Positions 20,792 through 33,025 of a stretch of DNA of 35,109 nt are shown in pieces. The translations under genes and the position numbers were made by a program. The notes beneath the pieces are model-generated. The model searched no databases, was not told the origin of the DNA, and saw only the letters and a program-made list of their open reading frames with translations. The first letter of the stretch is position 1; each line of letters begins with the position of its first letter. The DNA comes from Octopus bimaculoides (Eukaryota), in the NCBI RefSeq assembly GCF_001194135.2, contig NC_068984.1, positions 95,052,487-95,087,595 of the forward strand, in the 5' to 3' direction.

Positions 20792-21640
20792 TTGGTACTC
20801 TTGAGTTTCAAGTGTGGTGCTAGTTGTCAACCATTTTGAATTTGAATGACAGAAGTTGATTGTTATTACCATAAGGTAGGCTGCTGTTGGTTGAGGAAGG
20901 TCACACAGTGTTGTGGTTTCATGTTGGTGTATGAGTAACAGTTAGTTGGAAAATACCGCATAGTGAACAGGAAATTGAATACGTGGCAATTAGGAAATCG
21001 GTCAGGTTGTTGGTGGAGAAATAGGAAGGAGTAGCATGTGCAAGTATATAGTTCTATATGTGGTTGTGCAGACACGCTCATATGGTTTTGTGTACATGTG
21101 TATTGATGTGAGCATGCGCATCTGTTCATGAGTGCACATGCACATGTCTGCACACACACTTGGACGAACACATGCACACCAGTATGCACATATGCATTTG
21201 CGTGCATGCATGAGTATATGCACAAAACAAGCGTCGGGGGTTGGTATGCGTTGGTAAGTGGCAGTCCTGTTCATAGGGTTGGTTGGTAGTGGTGCTAAGG
21301 TGGTATATCTGGGTTGTTGGTAGTCAGAGGTTCGCATCAATGCACACATGCATGCAATACCATGATTGTGTCTACACACCCACATATAGAACTATATACT
21401 TGCACATGCCACCCCTTCCTACTCCCCAACAACCATGTGGTCTATTTCCTGTTCTCCACGTGGTCAATTTCCTGTTTACCATGCAGTATTTTCCAACTAA
21501 CTGTTACCCATATACTAACATCAAACCACAACACCGTATAACCTTCCTCGACCAATAGTAACCCACCTTATGGTAATAACAATCAACTCAAATTCAAAAT
21601 GGCTCACAACTAGCATCGCGCTTGAAACTTGAGTACCAAT
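20792..21640. repeat. Foldback/MITE-like element with about 310-320 bp inverted arms
   Basis: 20792-21112 (ttggtactc...gttgattgttattaccataaggt...gcatgtgcaagtatatagttctatatgtgg) is the reverse complement of 21331-21640, at roughly 80% identity by eye. The spacer is about 220 bp. Confidence 0.85.
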
Positions 21641-23095
21641 GAAAGCTGCAGAGATGTTAAAAATATCTGGTGAGGCAGAATAAATGATTAGAATAAATGA
21701 AGTTATACAGGAAGGTATTGTACCCAATAACTGGCATAACAGTATCATTGTAAACTGTTATGAAGGCAAAGGAGATGCCTTAGAGAAAGGAAGCTATAAG
21801 GAATCAAACTACTGGATCAAGTTATGAAGGTCATGGAGAAAGTTATAGCATATCTGATCAATGACAAAATAGACCTAAATGAGATGCAGTTTGGTTTCCT
21901 GCTTGGAAGAGGTATCATCAATGCAATTTTCTTAGTGAGGTAACTGCAGGAGAAATAGAGCAAACCACTATATCTGGCATTTGTTGACTTGGAGAAGGCA
22001 TATGTCTGGGTACCACAATAATTCAGTAGTCATTATGGAAATTACATGTGGATAAATGACTTGTGAGGGCTGTACAAGATATGTACAAAGATGCAATAAA
22101 CGAAGTAAGAGTCAAAAATTATTTCAGTAATGAAGCTAGGAGTCCATCAAGTTTCAATCCTCAATCCTCTACTATTCATCATAGTCCTGCAGGCCATCAC
22201 GAAAGAGTTTAAGATTAGCTGTCCATAGGAACTCCTATCCGCCAATGATCTAATTCTCATAGCTGAATCTAAAGTAGAATCAGGAAATTCCAAACCTAGA
22301 GTTGAGAGGCCTCAAAGTAAACTTAAGAAAAGACAAAAGATTTTAATGAGTAGGAGAGAAAACAGGACTCTTCAGAGAAATGGCCTGGTTCAGTATGTAA
22401 GAAAGTAGGTGTAATCTTCATATGCTGTACCCAATGTAAACTATGGACATGAGATGTTATGGAATCACAGATAGACTAACAGGAAAATCAGTATGTCCAA
22501 TAAGCAAACCAGAAATAGAATCTCTGAATGACCTGCTAGAAGTAGCCAATAGCTTTTATCACCAAGGAAATATTAGTATAAAAGGTGGTCACTCCAAAAG
22601 TAAGAAGAGGTTGGAAAAGGTTCAGGGAGCTTCTGCCACTGCTAGCAACAAAGCACTTTCCTCTCAGCAGATTGTATGATACTTATGTTAGAACTGTGGT
22701 GCTGCATGGTGGTGAAACATAAACCTTGAATACAAAGGACTTAAGAAGACTGGGTAAAAATTAAGCTAGTATACTCTGTTGGATGTGCAATGTAAGTGTG
22801 CATGAGCAACAAAGTACAAATGTGCTGAGAGAAAAACTGGGCAGATGTAGTATGCAAGAAAGAAGACTGTGCTGGTATGGACATGTGATGTATATGGATG
22901 CTAGAAGCTGATTACTTAAGATGGATGGAACTTGCAGAAGAGGAAGACCTAGGAAAACATGGAACAAAGTGCTGAAGGCTGACCTTCAGCACTTGAATCT
23001 CATGGAGGAAATGAGAAGCAGCCAAGATGACTAGTAATATGCACTTCCCAAGAAGATCCACCCAAATCATTGAAACTAAGATACTGAGATCACAA
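21641..23095 (+). mobile_element. Old 5'-truncated RTE-clade LINE (RT and C-terminal region), degraded
   Basis: Colinear with the reverse complement of 5020-6660. Remnants include IVNCYEGKGDAL, LLDQVMKVME, YLAFVDLEKA, IIVLQAITK, KWPGSVCKK...CTQCKLWT, RRLCWYGHV and RGRPRKTWNKV. Confidence 0.85.
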
Positions 23096-23163
23096 TGTGT
23101 GTATATATGATGGTGGGCCACCTGCCCACTTTCGTCATTCCCATCATCCATTATCTCTTTAAA

Positions 23164-23400
23164 GGCGGTGAGCTGATAGAAAAGTTGGCAAGCTGGCAGA
23201 ATCGTTAGCATGCCGGGTGAAATGCTTAGCAGTATTCGTCTGCCACTATCTTCTGAGTTCAAATTCCACCGAGGTCAACTTTGCCTTTCATCCTTTCGGG
23301 ATCAATAAATTAAGTACCAGTGAAACGCTGGGGTCAATGTAATTGACTAATCCCCTCCCTGAAAATTTCAGACTTTGTGTCTATTGTAGAATGAATTATC
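23164..23400 (+). mobile_element. tRNA-derived SINE
   Basis: A-box-like tggcagaatcg (23194-23204) and B-box-like gagttcaaattcc (23255-23267). These are followed by a central domain gaggtcaactttgcctttcatcctttcgggatcaataaattaagtaccag resembling conserved invertebrate SINE cores; I cannot name the family with certainty. Confidence 0.8.
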
Positions 23401-24119
23401 TCTCTAACCGCAGTATTTTGCTGCTGTAATTAAATACGAGTAGAATTGCATGTTTCACAAGATTTTACTTGATACCTACTTGTTACCTGGAACCATTTCA
23501 TTTGTTATTTATCCTTCATTCTTAATACTGTTCTCTCCACCCATACTTTTGATCAACCTCAAGCATATGTCATCTTTCCCTCTCTCCATCATCCTTCTCT
23601 TGTCTACTGTACCATTATTACAATGCTGTAACTCTTCACCACCACCCTCTTTTTTCTCCACCTTCCCCCTACTCATATGTATCATTCATCACTCCTCAAC
23701 TCTTATCCATCATCCACTCCTTAACCCTATTAATTTCTACAGCTGTCACTTTCCAATACATTCCCTATGCACCCACCAACATTGCTCTTCAGGATATTCA
23801 CCCCTAACTCATTTTTCATCGCTCATTCTGTCATACACCCTTATACTATCTACCCATCTGCCTTCCCTGTTCTCCTGTCCCTACTTACTTCTACTTGCCT
23901 CATGTATTGAGGGTTCACTTTGAAACTTCATCACTGTTTTATCTTTTCCATGCTCTACACTGGTCACTCGTATCCTCTGCTTTATAATGTAGATAGCCAT
24001 ATAACTCCCCTACAGCAAAAGATCTGTTCTATTCTGACCCTTTCTCTCATTTCCTAGCATAATGCCTCCTTCCTCTCTACTATAGCACCACTCGGCTGCA
24101 AGCTGCAATGTCAACTTTA

Positions 24120-24298
24120 CTAGAGCTGGTGTCATGAAAAAAACCACCCAGTACACTCTATAAAATGGTTAGCATTAGGAAGGGCATCCAGCTATAGAAA
24201 CCATGCGAATGCAGAAACTGGAGCACAATGCAGTCTTTGGATCTGTTGGGTCCTGTCACACCATCCAATCCACACCAGCATGGAACTCAGGTGTTAAT
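24120..24298 (+). mobile_element. RTE/SINE 3' tail fragment
   Basis: ccacccagtacactct...ttaggaagggcatccagctatagaaac...catccaatccacaccagcatggaa...gttaa is homologous to 60-213. Confidence 0.7.
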
Positions 24299-25354
24299 TT
24301 TAGTAAGTATACATGTATTTCCAAAACTAGTGTCATGAAATATTTATTCATTTCAATTTATTTTCCCTTCTCTTACAGCAGGTCTAAACTAACTTAAAGG
24401 CAATTGAAACTGGTAGCATATTTTGGTAAAAATGTAAATCTTTTCTTCCTTTCATTCATGATAATGCTCTCAAAGCATTTTCTCCTTTTTGTTTTTAATA
24501 TAAATTTACTCATGAAAATTCTAAACAAGGAAAAGGTTGACAATGACTTCAAAGATTTGGCTTGCTCACCTTCATCAGACTGCTTTACTTAGGTTCTTCT
24601 TGACTTTAAATAATCTATGGAATTTTTCTTGGGTAGTTGAAGCTATGCGAATGATAATTAAGTGTACTGAGGAAGTAGTTGTGCAGGAAGAGAAGATAAA
24701 GATAGAAAGGAACAAAGTATGTGTTTGTAAGGAGTAGATTAACAGAATGTTATGATATGGAGATATATTTTGGTTTCAAGTTCAGTCAGGTATGGAAGTA
24801 AAGGTGTCAAAGGTGCAGGTCACAACACTCTTTCTATAGAAAGTTGGTTTTGCTCTGTCGTAAGGTTCACAAAAGAAAACTTGTTAAATCAGCTGGTCAC
24901 ACATCATAGGTTACACAGAGATTGAATTGGTGCTGGTGTTATTAAATTTCTAGGAAGAAATTTTAAACTGGGTGTATTGAGAAGATTATGTTACTATAAA
25001 ATTGAGAAGACTATGTTACTATAAATAATTATCATTTGGGCTTTCTAGTCTCATTTTAGCATGGCTATTGTGTATCATGGCAGACATATGCATACACATA
25101 AGTTCATGATGTTACTTTTACATCCATATGAATGTATGAAGATGATATACTTTTATATAGGTATATCCGTCTATAAGAATAACAATGAATAACAAAAATA
25201 GATAAAACAACATATATGCATACTGACACATAGCTGTATGTCTTTGTATAAAAACACACATGTATACTCATATATGTGTGCCACAATACATAGATAAAAA
25301 ATACAAAAATAGAGCCCCATGGCTCTATCTAGCTACCTATCTACTACTCTCTCT

Positions 25355-25397
<43 letters not shown>

Positions 25398-25651
25398 TAT
25401 GCATGCTTACATACCTCAGCTCACTCATCTGCACATCCACTTCTGTTGTCAGGTACATATGCACATATGTGCAAGTGTGTATGTGTGTGTACGTACATAG
25501 ATATATAATTTCTAATAACAATTTGATTCAGCTCCTTATAGCTTAAAGTTTTCTCTGCAAAACTTTTAGTCATATGGAACTGAGTCAAACTGTTATTAAA
25601 AGTTATATGTAACTCCTGTTATATAAATATATATTATCCGAAATGTGTCAT

Positions 25652-25729
25652 ACCAATCAGTTTCACATAAAGAATACAATGGAATTTTATGTAAGAAACC
25701 GATTATATAACTTTATGCTCATCAGAGTT
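25652..25729 (-). ncRNA. Degenerate minimal type-I hammerhead ribozyme motif
   Basis: Minus strand reads aact CTGATGA g-cataaag ... ctttatg-t GAAA ctgat t ggta. Stem II has 7 perfect pairs plus G.U; stem III resembles a decayed ACCGGT palindrome; stem I is weak. Confidence 0.5.
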
Positions 25730-26831
25730 AGCCGATATGGAAGGGAATATAGCGACTGCTTTCTATTGTCTGACGTAGATTAGCACAACTGGTCAGTGGC
25801 TGCTGTTAAAAAGGTGGTGGAATGAAAAAGAAGCTAGGGGATTAGTTTAGGAGTTATGTCCCTTGGTTGGTTATGCTTTGAAGTGAGCAAGAGTTATCTT
25901 GAAGTGGGGAAAGTGTGTATTATAAATGTGGTGCTTCTGTGGGGATGGGGTGTGTGGTAAGTAGCAGTGTCACGTGTAATTTTTTCTGTGGGGTGTACCC
26001 CCACTTATTTGTGATTTGGCATATGCGGAACTAATAATTCTTTGCAGAAACCACTGCATATTCGTGGAATCATAAATATCGTCAGCAATTTTTTATGGTT
26101 TTTTTCTGTGGCAATATATATTTTTTCACACTTTCTAAGGCTAAATTATTAATAATAATATACCATATTTGCCATCTTACTGGATGCCCCTTCGCAGTTG
26201 AAACTCCCTATGATTAGAATAGCCGCATATCACATCGCTTGATTGTTTCTCTTATTCCTGCTTTCAGTCAAAGCTTGCTAATTAATATCGCGACATCTGT
26301 CTATATTTCACACATACACACTCTCTCTCGCTGTATTTGTCTCTCAACAAAAGCCTCTCATTGTAGTGGAAATATATATATATACATACATATATATATA
26401 TAAAAATATACAGTGTATCACACCAATATTACTTGGACTAGTGATGACAGATCAAAGATATATATAACATGAGACTGAATGTTAATTTTATACCCGCACT
26501 TTTTAAAAAATTATCGCTACATTTGATCATACTCATTGTTTATTTCAACAGGATAATTTTTAAGGTCGTGAAATTAAGTTACTTGCTGGTCCCATCGCTC
26601 TCTCTTTCTCTTATTATTATAGTATTGATTACTGTATCTAGTGGTAATACAAATTAAATTTTTCAAAATCATGATTATTTTTAATCTCTGCTCAATCTCC
26701 CATTGGTGGTATGCACATATTAGATAAAAGGAAGATTTTGTAGGTTTTTTGGGGAAAAACTGCATCCAGTAGCTATCTTAAGTATTTTGTTGAGTGCTGT
26801 GTTTTTCGCAGCATGTTATTAAAGCCCTAAG

Positions 26832-28590
26832 ATGCTGCCCAAACCCCCTGACATCTTCTAAGGCTTCTGGCAGTGAACCTAAGTGCCAGAAAAAGGTTAT
26901 GACGCTCCATGAGAAGGTACAACTACTGGATATGTTCCGGGAAGGTAAAAGTTATGCTACAATAGGTTGCTATTATGTTATCAATGAAAGCACCATACGC
27001 TACATGAAAAAGAATGAGGTAGCAATCAGGATTACTGTAGCAGTAACTTTCAGTGAAAGGGCCAGAAAGATAATGATAGTGAGAAATAAGCATTTTGTCA
27101 GGATGGAATCTGATTTGGCATTGTGGATCAGTGACTGAAAGAAGGAAAACATCCCCTTGAGTGGTATCATTATTTGCAAGAAAGCACTGAAATTCTACCA
27201 GCAGTTCAACAGAGGAGACTGAGCAGAAGGCACCAAAGAACCACATCCAAGACCATTGACAGCATTGGAGCTTGAAAATTTTCAAGCCAGCAAGTGATGG
27301 TTTGACCGTTTCCAGAAACAGTTTAAAATGAAGTGTGTTTTCCTGCGTAGAGAGACAGCAGCAGCCAACAAAGAGGCCACTGAGAAGTACCTCAAGACCT
27401 TCAGGCAGATAATTGAGGACAAGGGATACAATCCAGAACAGGTTTTCAATATGGACAAGACTGGCTTGTTCTGGAAGATGCCTTCCAGAATGTACACCAT
27501 GAAGGACAAAGGTAGAGCCTTACGATTTAAGGCACAGGACAGAGTGGCGCTAATTATGTGTGGTAATGCTGCTAGCTTTGTGATGAAACCAGGATTTATC
27601 TATAAGTCTGCAACCCCGAGGGCCTTTGAAAATAAGAATAAAAACTAGCTGCCTGTCCACTGGATGCACAGTACCAAGGTCTGGATTACCAAAAGTCTAA
27701 ATTTGAATTTGTTCCACCAGTGCTTCATCCCTCAAGCCAAGGAATACCTCCAAAACATATGCATGGAATTCAACATGATGCTTGTTATGGATAATATTGG
27801 CAGTCACTCTTTGAATTTCAATCACAAGGGAGTCCAAGTTGAGTTCCAGCCTATGGATCAAGGTGTGATCCGTGCCTTCAAGGCACTTTACACTCAGAAC
27901 TCTCCAACACCTTGTGGACAGAATAAATTCGGATGAGAATTTCAAGTTAAAGGAGTACTGGCATAACTTCACAATCGCAATGTGCCTGTCAATCATCCAT
28001 GCTGCTCTTAAAGACATGTAAAAAGAAACCCTCATCACATGCTGGAAGAAGATGTGGCCAGAGTGTGTCCAGGACTACAAGGGATTCTCACCTGAAGATA
28101 TTTTGCACAAGGCTGTTGACAATGTGGTGAAACTGGCAAAGGTACTTGGTGGCAAAGGTTTTGACGACGTCACCCAAGATGAGGTCAACAACCTCATCGA
28201 TGCCCACTTTGAAACTCTGACATATGAAGATTTGTTGGAGTTAACAAAACCTGCCAGTAAAGAGGAGGAAGAAGTGCCAGATCCAGAAAAAGAGGAAGAT
28301 GAGGTGGGCCTGGCAATCGAATGTCTGTCTGACCTTTTAAGGACAGCAAAGGAATTGCAAGGGAAGGCAGAAGCATGGGATCCCTATATGGTTCGGTCTC
28401 TCCAATTTAAAAATGCCACTGATGCTGCCATGCAGACATAAAACTCTCCTCACCGCCATGAAGAAACAACGACAGCAACGTCCCATCACAATGTTCCTCA
28501 AGCTCACCAAGAAAGCCTTGCACGAAGATACAACATCCTCTAAAACACCTGAAGAAGAGGCATCCCCTAAAGAGATATTAAATATCTGAA
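26832..28590 (+). mobile_element. Tigger/pogo-family DNA transposon, transposase pseudogene
   Basis: The N-terminal psq-type HTH (KKVMTLHEKVQLLDM...KSYATIG...INESTIRY) is followed by a CENP-B-type HTH (MESDLALWISD...IPL...KA; FQAS..WFDRF). The DDE_1 motifs are VFNMDKTGLFWK, LVMDNIGSH and QPMDQGVIRAFKALY, with a C-terminal KKQRQQRPITMFL. There are several stops, and about 9 codons (LPPNTTSLI-like) appear deleted before QPMD. The non-coding 5' part may begin near 25985. Confidence 0.93.
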
Positions 28591-28650
28591 GAATACTGGT
28601 TTATATTACGTATATCAGTAACAATGTCACTCCAATAGGTAAATAAAAAT

Positions 28651-28789
28651 AAATATACAGTTTATTAATGCATAAATATAAATCAGAAATGGAAAAACAA
28701 AACAATAAATTGAACAATTATAAATTCAATTCAGTAAATATATCTGTCTTATATGGAATAATACTGGACAATGGAAAACACCTAAATTG

Positions 28790-28829
<40 letters not shown>

Positions 28830-29106
28830 TAATAATAATTTAATAAAAAATGAAGTAAAATGTACAGTTACTCACCAATAATGAATGATATTGATTTAAG
28901 ATGATGATGATGAAACTAATGAAGGTAATGACTGCACAGCAAAGAAGATTTAAAGCTCTTTAGGGGATGCCTCTAAAAATATACAGTTTATTAATGCATA
29001 AATATAAATCAGAAATGGAAAAACAAAGCAATAAATTGAACAATTATAAATTCAATTCAGTAAATATATCTGTCTTATATGGAATAATACTGGACAATGG
29101 AAAACA
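28651..29106 (+). repeat. 130-bp direct repeat (28651-28780 and 28977-29106, one mismatch)
   Basis: Both copies run aaatatacagtttattaatgc...ctggacaatggaaaaca and differ only at aaaacaat versus aaagcaat. Confidence 0.95.
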
Positions 29107-31420
29107 TAACACTTGACACTTCTCTGAAAGACATACCAATACCACCAAAAAATGCTTATATGAAAGAGCTGATTGCCAAAATAACAGACTTCACACATAG
29201 ACTAAGATGGAAAACTTTTTATTCTGGTAAAGACCAAATGGATACCACTAATAGCAATAAGGATATTAGCATGGATTTTACCGCTTGAATATTTAAAACC
29301 AGGAAGACACCATTACATAATAACCCCCTAGAAACATTTGAAAAAGAACTATGGACTATAATCAAAAACTTAAAATTTAAGAAACACCCATTGCAGAACA
29401 ACCGAGAAAATAAGCTAAAAAAGTTAACACATGAACTGACAAATATAAAAGGAGTTATTGTTAATTCAGATAAAACAAGAAATTTATATAACATGGATAT
29501 TAATTTATACCATAAATTATTGTACAAAGAAATTACAAAAAAATACAAGGTAGTTCCCTTAGACAGATTAACCTAGAGGCTAAAAAAATTATGGAAAATT
29601 ATAATATAGATGATAAAACAGAACCATTATTACCCAGTAGACCATGGATTACAATTAAGGATCATAAGGAGAATTTTCATATTGATACAAAGGTTAGATT
29701 AATCTGTCCTAATAAATCTGATTTATGTAAACTTAGCAAGATCTTGAAAAATAAGATCAAACTACAAATATGGTCAAACACTCAGAATACTATTAAATGG
29801 TTCTCTAATATAAATAATAAATATAAACATAAATTCCTACAAATAGATACTGAGAATTATTACTCTAGAATAGACCCTACTTTATTAAATGACACCTTGA
29901 TATTTGCCAAAAAATATACATCTATTAGTGCGAAGGAAATCAATGTAATTTTAACAGCTTGCAGGTCGGTTATAAATTTCAATAATAAGTTATGGGCAAG
30001 AAAAGATACCCATAACTGTTTCGATATCTTTCTGGGAGCACCAGATTCCATGCAAATAACTGACTTAGAAGGTGCATATTTATTGGCAAATATACAAGAC
30101 AAATTCCCAGAGCTAATGGGGAATTTTATAGAGATGATGCACTATTTGTAGTTAAGAATACATCTAACAGATGCCTAGAACTCATTAAAAAATGATTATT
30201 TAAATTTTTTTAAAGATTTGGTCTATCTATAACTATAGAAAAAGAATATAATTCAATTAATTACTTAGATATGAACTGTAATTTATTATCTGGAATACAT
30301 GAACCATATATGAAACCAAATTATAAATAAAAATATATAAATTATCAAAGCAAAGAGAATTTCATATTTATCTTGTAATGAAGATATAGTTAATAGACAT
30401 AAAGACCAATATGATTTGGCTTTAAGTAAACCAGGATATAAGAATAAATTAAAATATATTATAGTAATACAAATAAAATCAGTAAATTTGATAATAGGAA
30501 TAATAACATAAAAACTAATGATAATAATAAAAATCATAGATATATAAAGAAACTGAATAAAATTTAAAATGATATCTACTTAATGAATAAAAATAATTTT
30601 AGTAGTTTCAACAATAATAAAGTAGATACTAATAAGGTAATATGGCTTATAATCCCATATGCCATGGAAATAAAAACTAATTTGGTGAAATGCATTTATA
30701 GGCTAATTAATAAGCATTTCAATATAAATAATAAGTATTATGAAATTATTTACAATAAAAGAATAAAGATAGGATATAGTTTAACTCATAACTTAGCAAC
30801 TATTATAGCTTCTATAAATAATAAAAAATTAGATTTATTTGAATAGAGAATGTGTTAGTAATAACTCCCCTAATGTCAGGGCCGATATAGAAGATATTAG
30901 TAATAATACTACTAGGTATTTCATTAATAAACATAATATTATTAAGAATGATCAGAAACCAGTTACATCTAAAGCCTCTTCCTCAACCAATATAAATAAT
31001 TATTCTTATAAAACATGTGATTATAAAAATATAGATAGCTGTGTGGTTAAAAATTTATGTAAATTAAAAAATGTAGTATATCAATGTAAAGTTACCACAA
31101 ATTAATAATAAATATATTTATATTGGATCACCTAAAAATGAAATGAAGAAGCGTCTTTCAACACATTTATATACATTTCAGAATAGGAAAAGACAGAATT
31201 CAACAAGTCTAAGTAAATTCATTTGGGAACTTAAAGATAAAAAAATTAATTTTAATTTCGAATAGGATATCTTGGTGACTGCCCCTAGTTACAATATAAG
31301 TAATAAGTAGTGCCTTCTTTATTTGAATGAGAAATTATTTATTTTGATGGCTACATTTCCTTTACTTAACCTGAGGGATGAAAAAAATATATCTTGCCTA
31401 TGGAAAAACAAATAGGTATT
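29097..31420 (+). mobile_element. Penelope-like element (RT + GIY-YIG endonuclease), pseudogenised
   Basis: Motifs in order: N-terminal SLKDIPIP...LIAKITDFTHRLRWK; RT motifs TIKDHKENF...RLICPNKSD, FLQIDTENYYSRI and YRDD (30127-30138, frameshifted). The GIY-YIG part has VVYQC...YIGS (YIG at 31119-31127), KKRLSTH and TSLSKFIWELK. Many stops. Confidence 0.92.
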
Positions 31421-31776
31421 GACTAGATATAAATGATTTTTTTATAATAGTTATAGTTAATAGACTGTCATTTTGATACTTCATAATAGATATCTTTAAC
31501 TATTGTTAAGTAAATTAACAACTCTTATAATTATAATTAAAATTATAAATAGAACTTAATTTATATTTCCCCATTCTAAAGATGTAAGCATATAAATAGG
31601 AACTTATTGATGTGTATATATATAAATGCATGTGTATTTTTCAATGTCTACAAATAACAGAAAAAATAAATAAATAGTTACCAGGGTAGCAAAAATTCCC
31701 ATAAGTACCAAGGATGTAACAGCCTACATATAAAGGTAGAAACTCCAGGTTTTGGTGAAATGTTTTTGTATAAATG

Positions 31777-32109
31777 GATAAATAAATAAATGGAGTTAAA
31801 CGCAGGTGTTATTCAAATCTTCCGACACATTTCAAAGAAAAAAACATTGGTATTATTCCAGAAGGAATAAAATGATGTAAAACAATACAATCTTCTCATC
31901 AGGGAAAAAAAGAGAAACAAAATGCATCAATAAGATATTTTAACCGAATGTGATGCATTTTGTTTCTCTTATTTTACCCGATGAGAAGATTGCCTTGTTT
32001 TACATCATTTTATTCCTTCTGGAATAATACCAATGTTTTCTTTAAAACATATGTTGGAAGTATAAAGATTTGAATAACACCTGCATTTAATTCCATTTAT
32101 TTATTTATC
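31777..32109. repeat. Inverted repeat (arms 31777-31929 and 31951-32109, 21-nt loop) carrying hammerhead motifs
   Basis: The arms are reverse-complementary, e.g. aatgcatca / tgatgcatt at the loop and gataaataaataaatgg / ccatttatttatttatc at the ends. Confidence 0.92.
31820..31906 (-). ncRNA. Degenerate minimal type-I hammerhead ribozyme motif
   Basis: Minus strand reads ttcc CTGATGA g-aaga ... tctt-t GAAA tgt GTC ggaa, with stem I ttcc/ggaa. The + strand mirror copy at 31974-32059 has core mutations (ccgatga, aaaa) but keeps a palindromic acatatgt stem III. Confidence 0.55.
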
Positions 32110-32690
32110 TCTATATATATATATGTATATATGTTTATGTGTGTATGTTTGTATGCGTATGTGTGGGGATGTATGTATATATATGTATATTTGAATTTGT
32201 CATATATATATGTGTGTGTGTGTGTGTATACATGCATATCTGTATATCTCAGTATAGATATTTGCTTATTTGTTTCTTTATATACGGGAAGAGGTATACA
32301 TCTATATATGTGAAAGTCTTTGTGTAGATATGACGGTGTATATATCTGAATAGATATGTATCTAGGTATATATAAGGGAGTATATATATATAAGTATAGC
32401 TGTATTAGTGTGTGTATATATGTGTGTGTGGATGTGTATGTATATATATACATGTATATGGGTATATATGTATATGTGCATGGGTGTATATATGTATGTG
32501 TGTGTATGTATATGTATATATATATATATATATATNNNNNNNNNNNNNNNNNNNNNNNNNNNNNNNNNNNNNNNNNNNNNNNNNNNNNNNNNNNNNNNNN
32601 NNNNNNNNNNNNNNNNNNNNNNNNNNNNTATGTATATATATATAAATAATAAATGAGTATATGCATATATACGTACATGTATGTACATAC
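32110..32690. repeat. Degenerate (TA)n/(TG)n microsatellite tract with internal N gap
   Basis: Directly visible; it is the source of the spurious Y/I/V/C-rich ORFs. Confidence 0.9.
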
Positions 32691-32956
32691 CTACATCTAC
32701 CTGTATATATAGATGCATATCTGAGTACAGGACGTTGCAAACAAAGCGATGACAAAAAAAATAATAAACAGAGTACAAAAAACACACAGGCTACATAGAG
32801 AACATTTCCTTCATCAGCTGCCACCATTCTAACACTGGCGTTTCGAAGAGTTAGGGCAGACACATCGTTAAAATAACTCTTCCCATGGACCAAAAATTAA
32901 ATTTGTACCATGGAGGAATGTAGTGGCAGACAGAAAACAAGACAGGAAAACAAGCG

Positions 32957-32992
<36 letters not shown>

Positions 32993-33025
32993 TATACTGG
33001 AAGGTTTGGAGGTGATGTACAGGAA

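Noticed and set aside
24545-24585. Minus-strand ctgatgaaggtgagcaagccaaatc, hammerhead-like
   Set aside because: GAAA, stem III and stem I are not recoverable; too degenerate to call.
28586-28635. ctgaaga-atactg...cagta-acaatgtc at the Tigger/PLE junction, hammerhead-like
   Set aside because: A stem II is possible, but GAAA and stem I are missing.
32800-32895. Minus-strand gaagagtta...taactcttc-gaaac hairpin and a separate ctgatgaa
   Set aside because: The CUGAUGA preceding the stem is replaced by ccatggga, and the downstream ctgatgaa has no GAAA partner; no coherent ribozyme fold.
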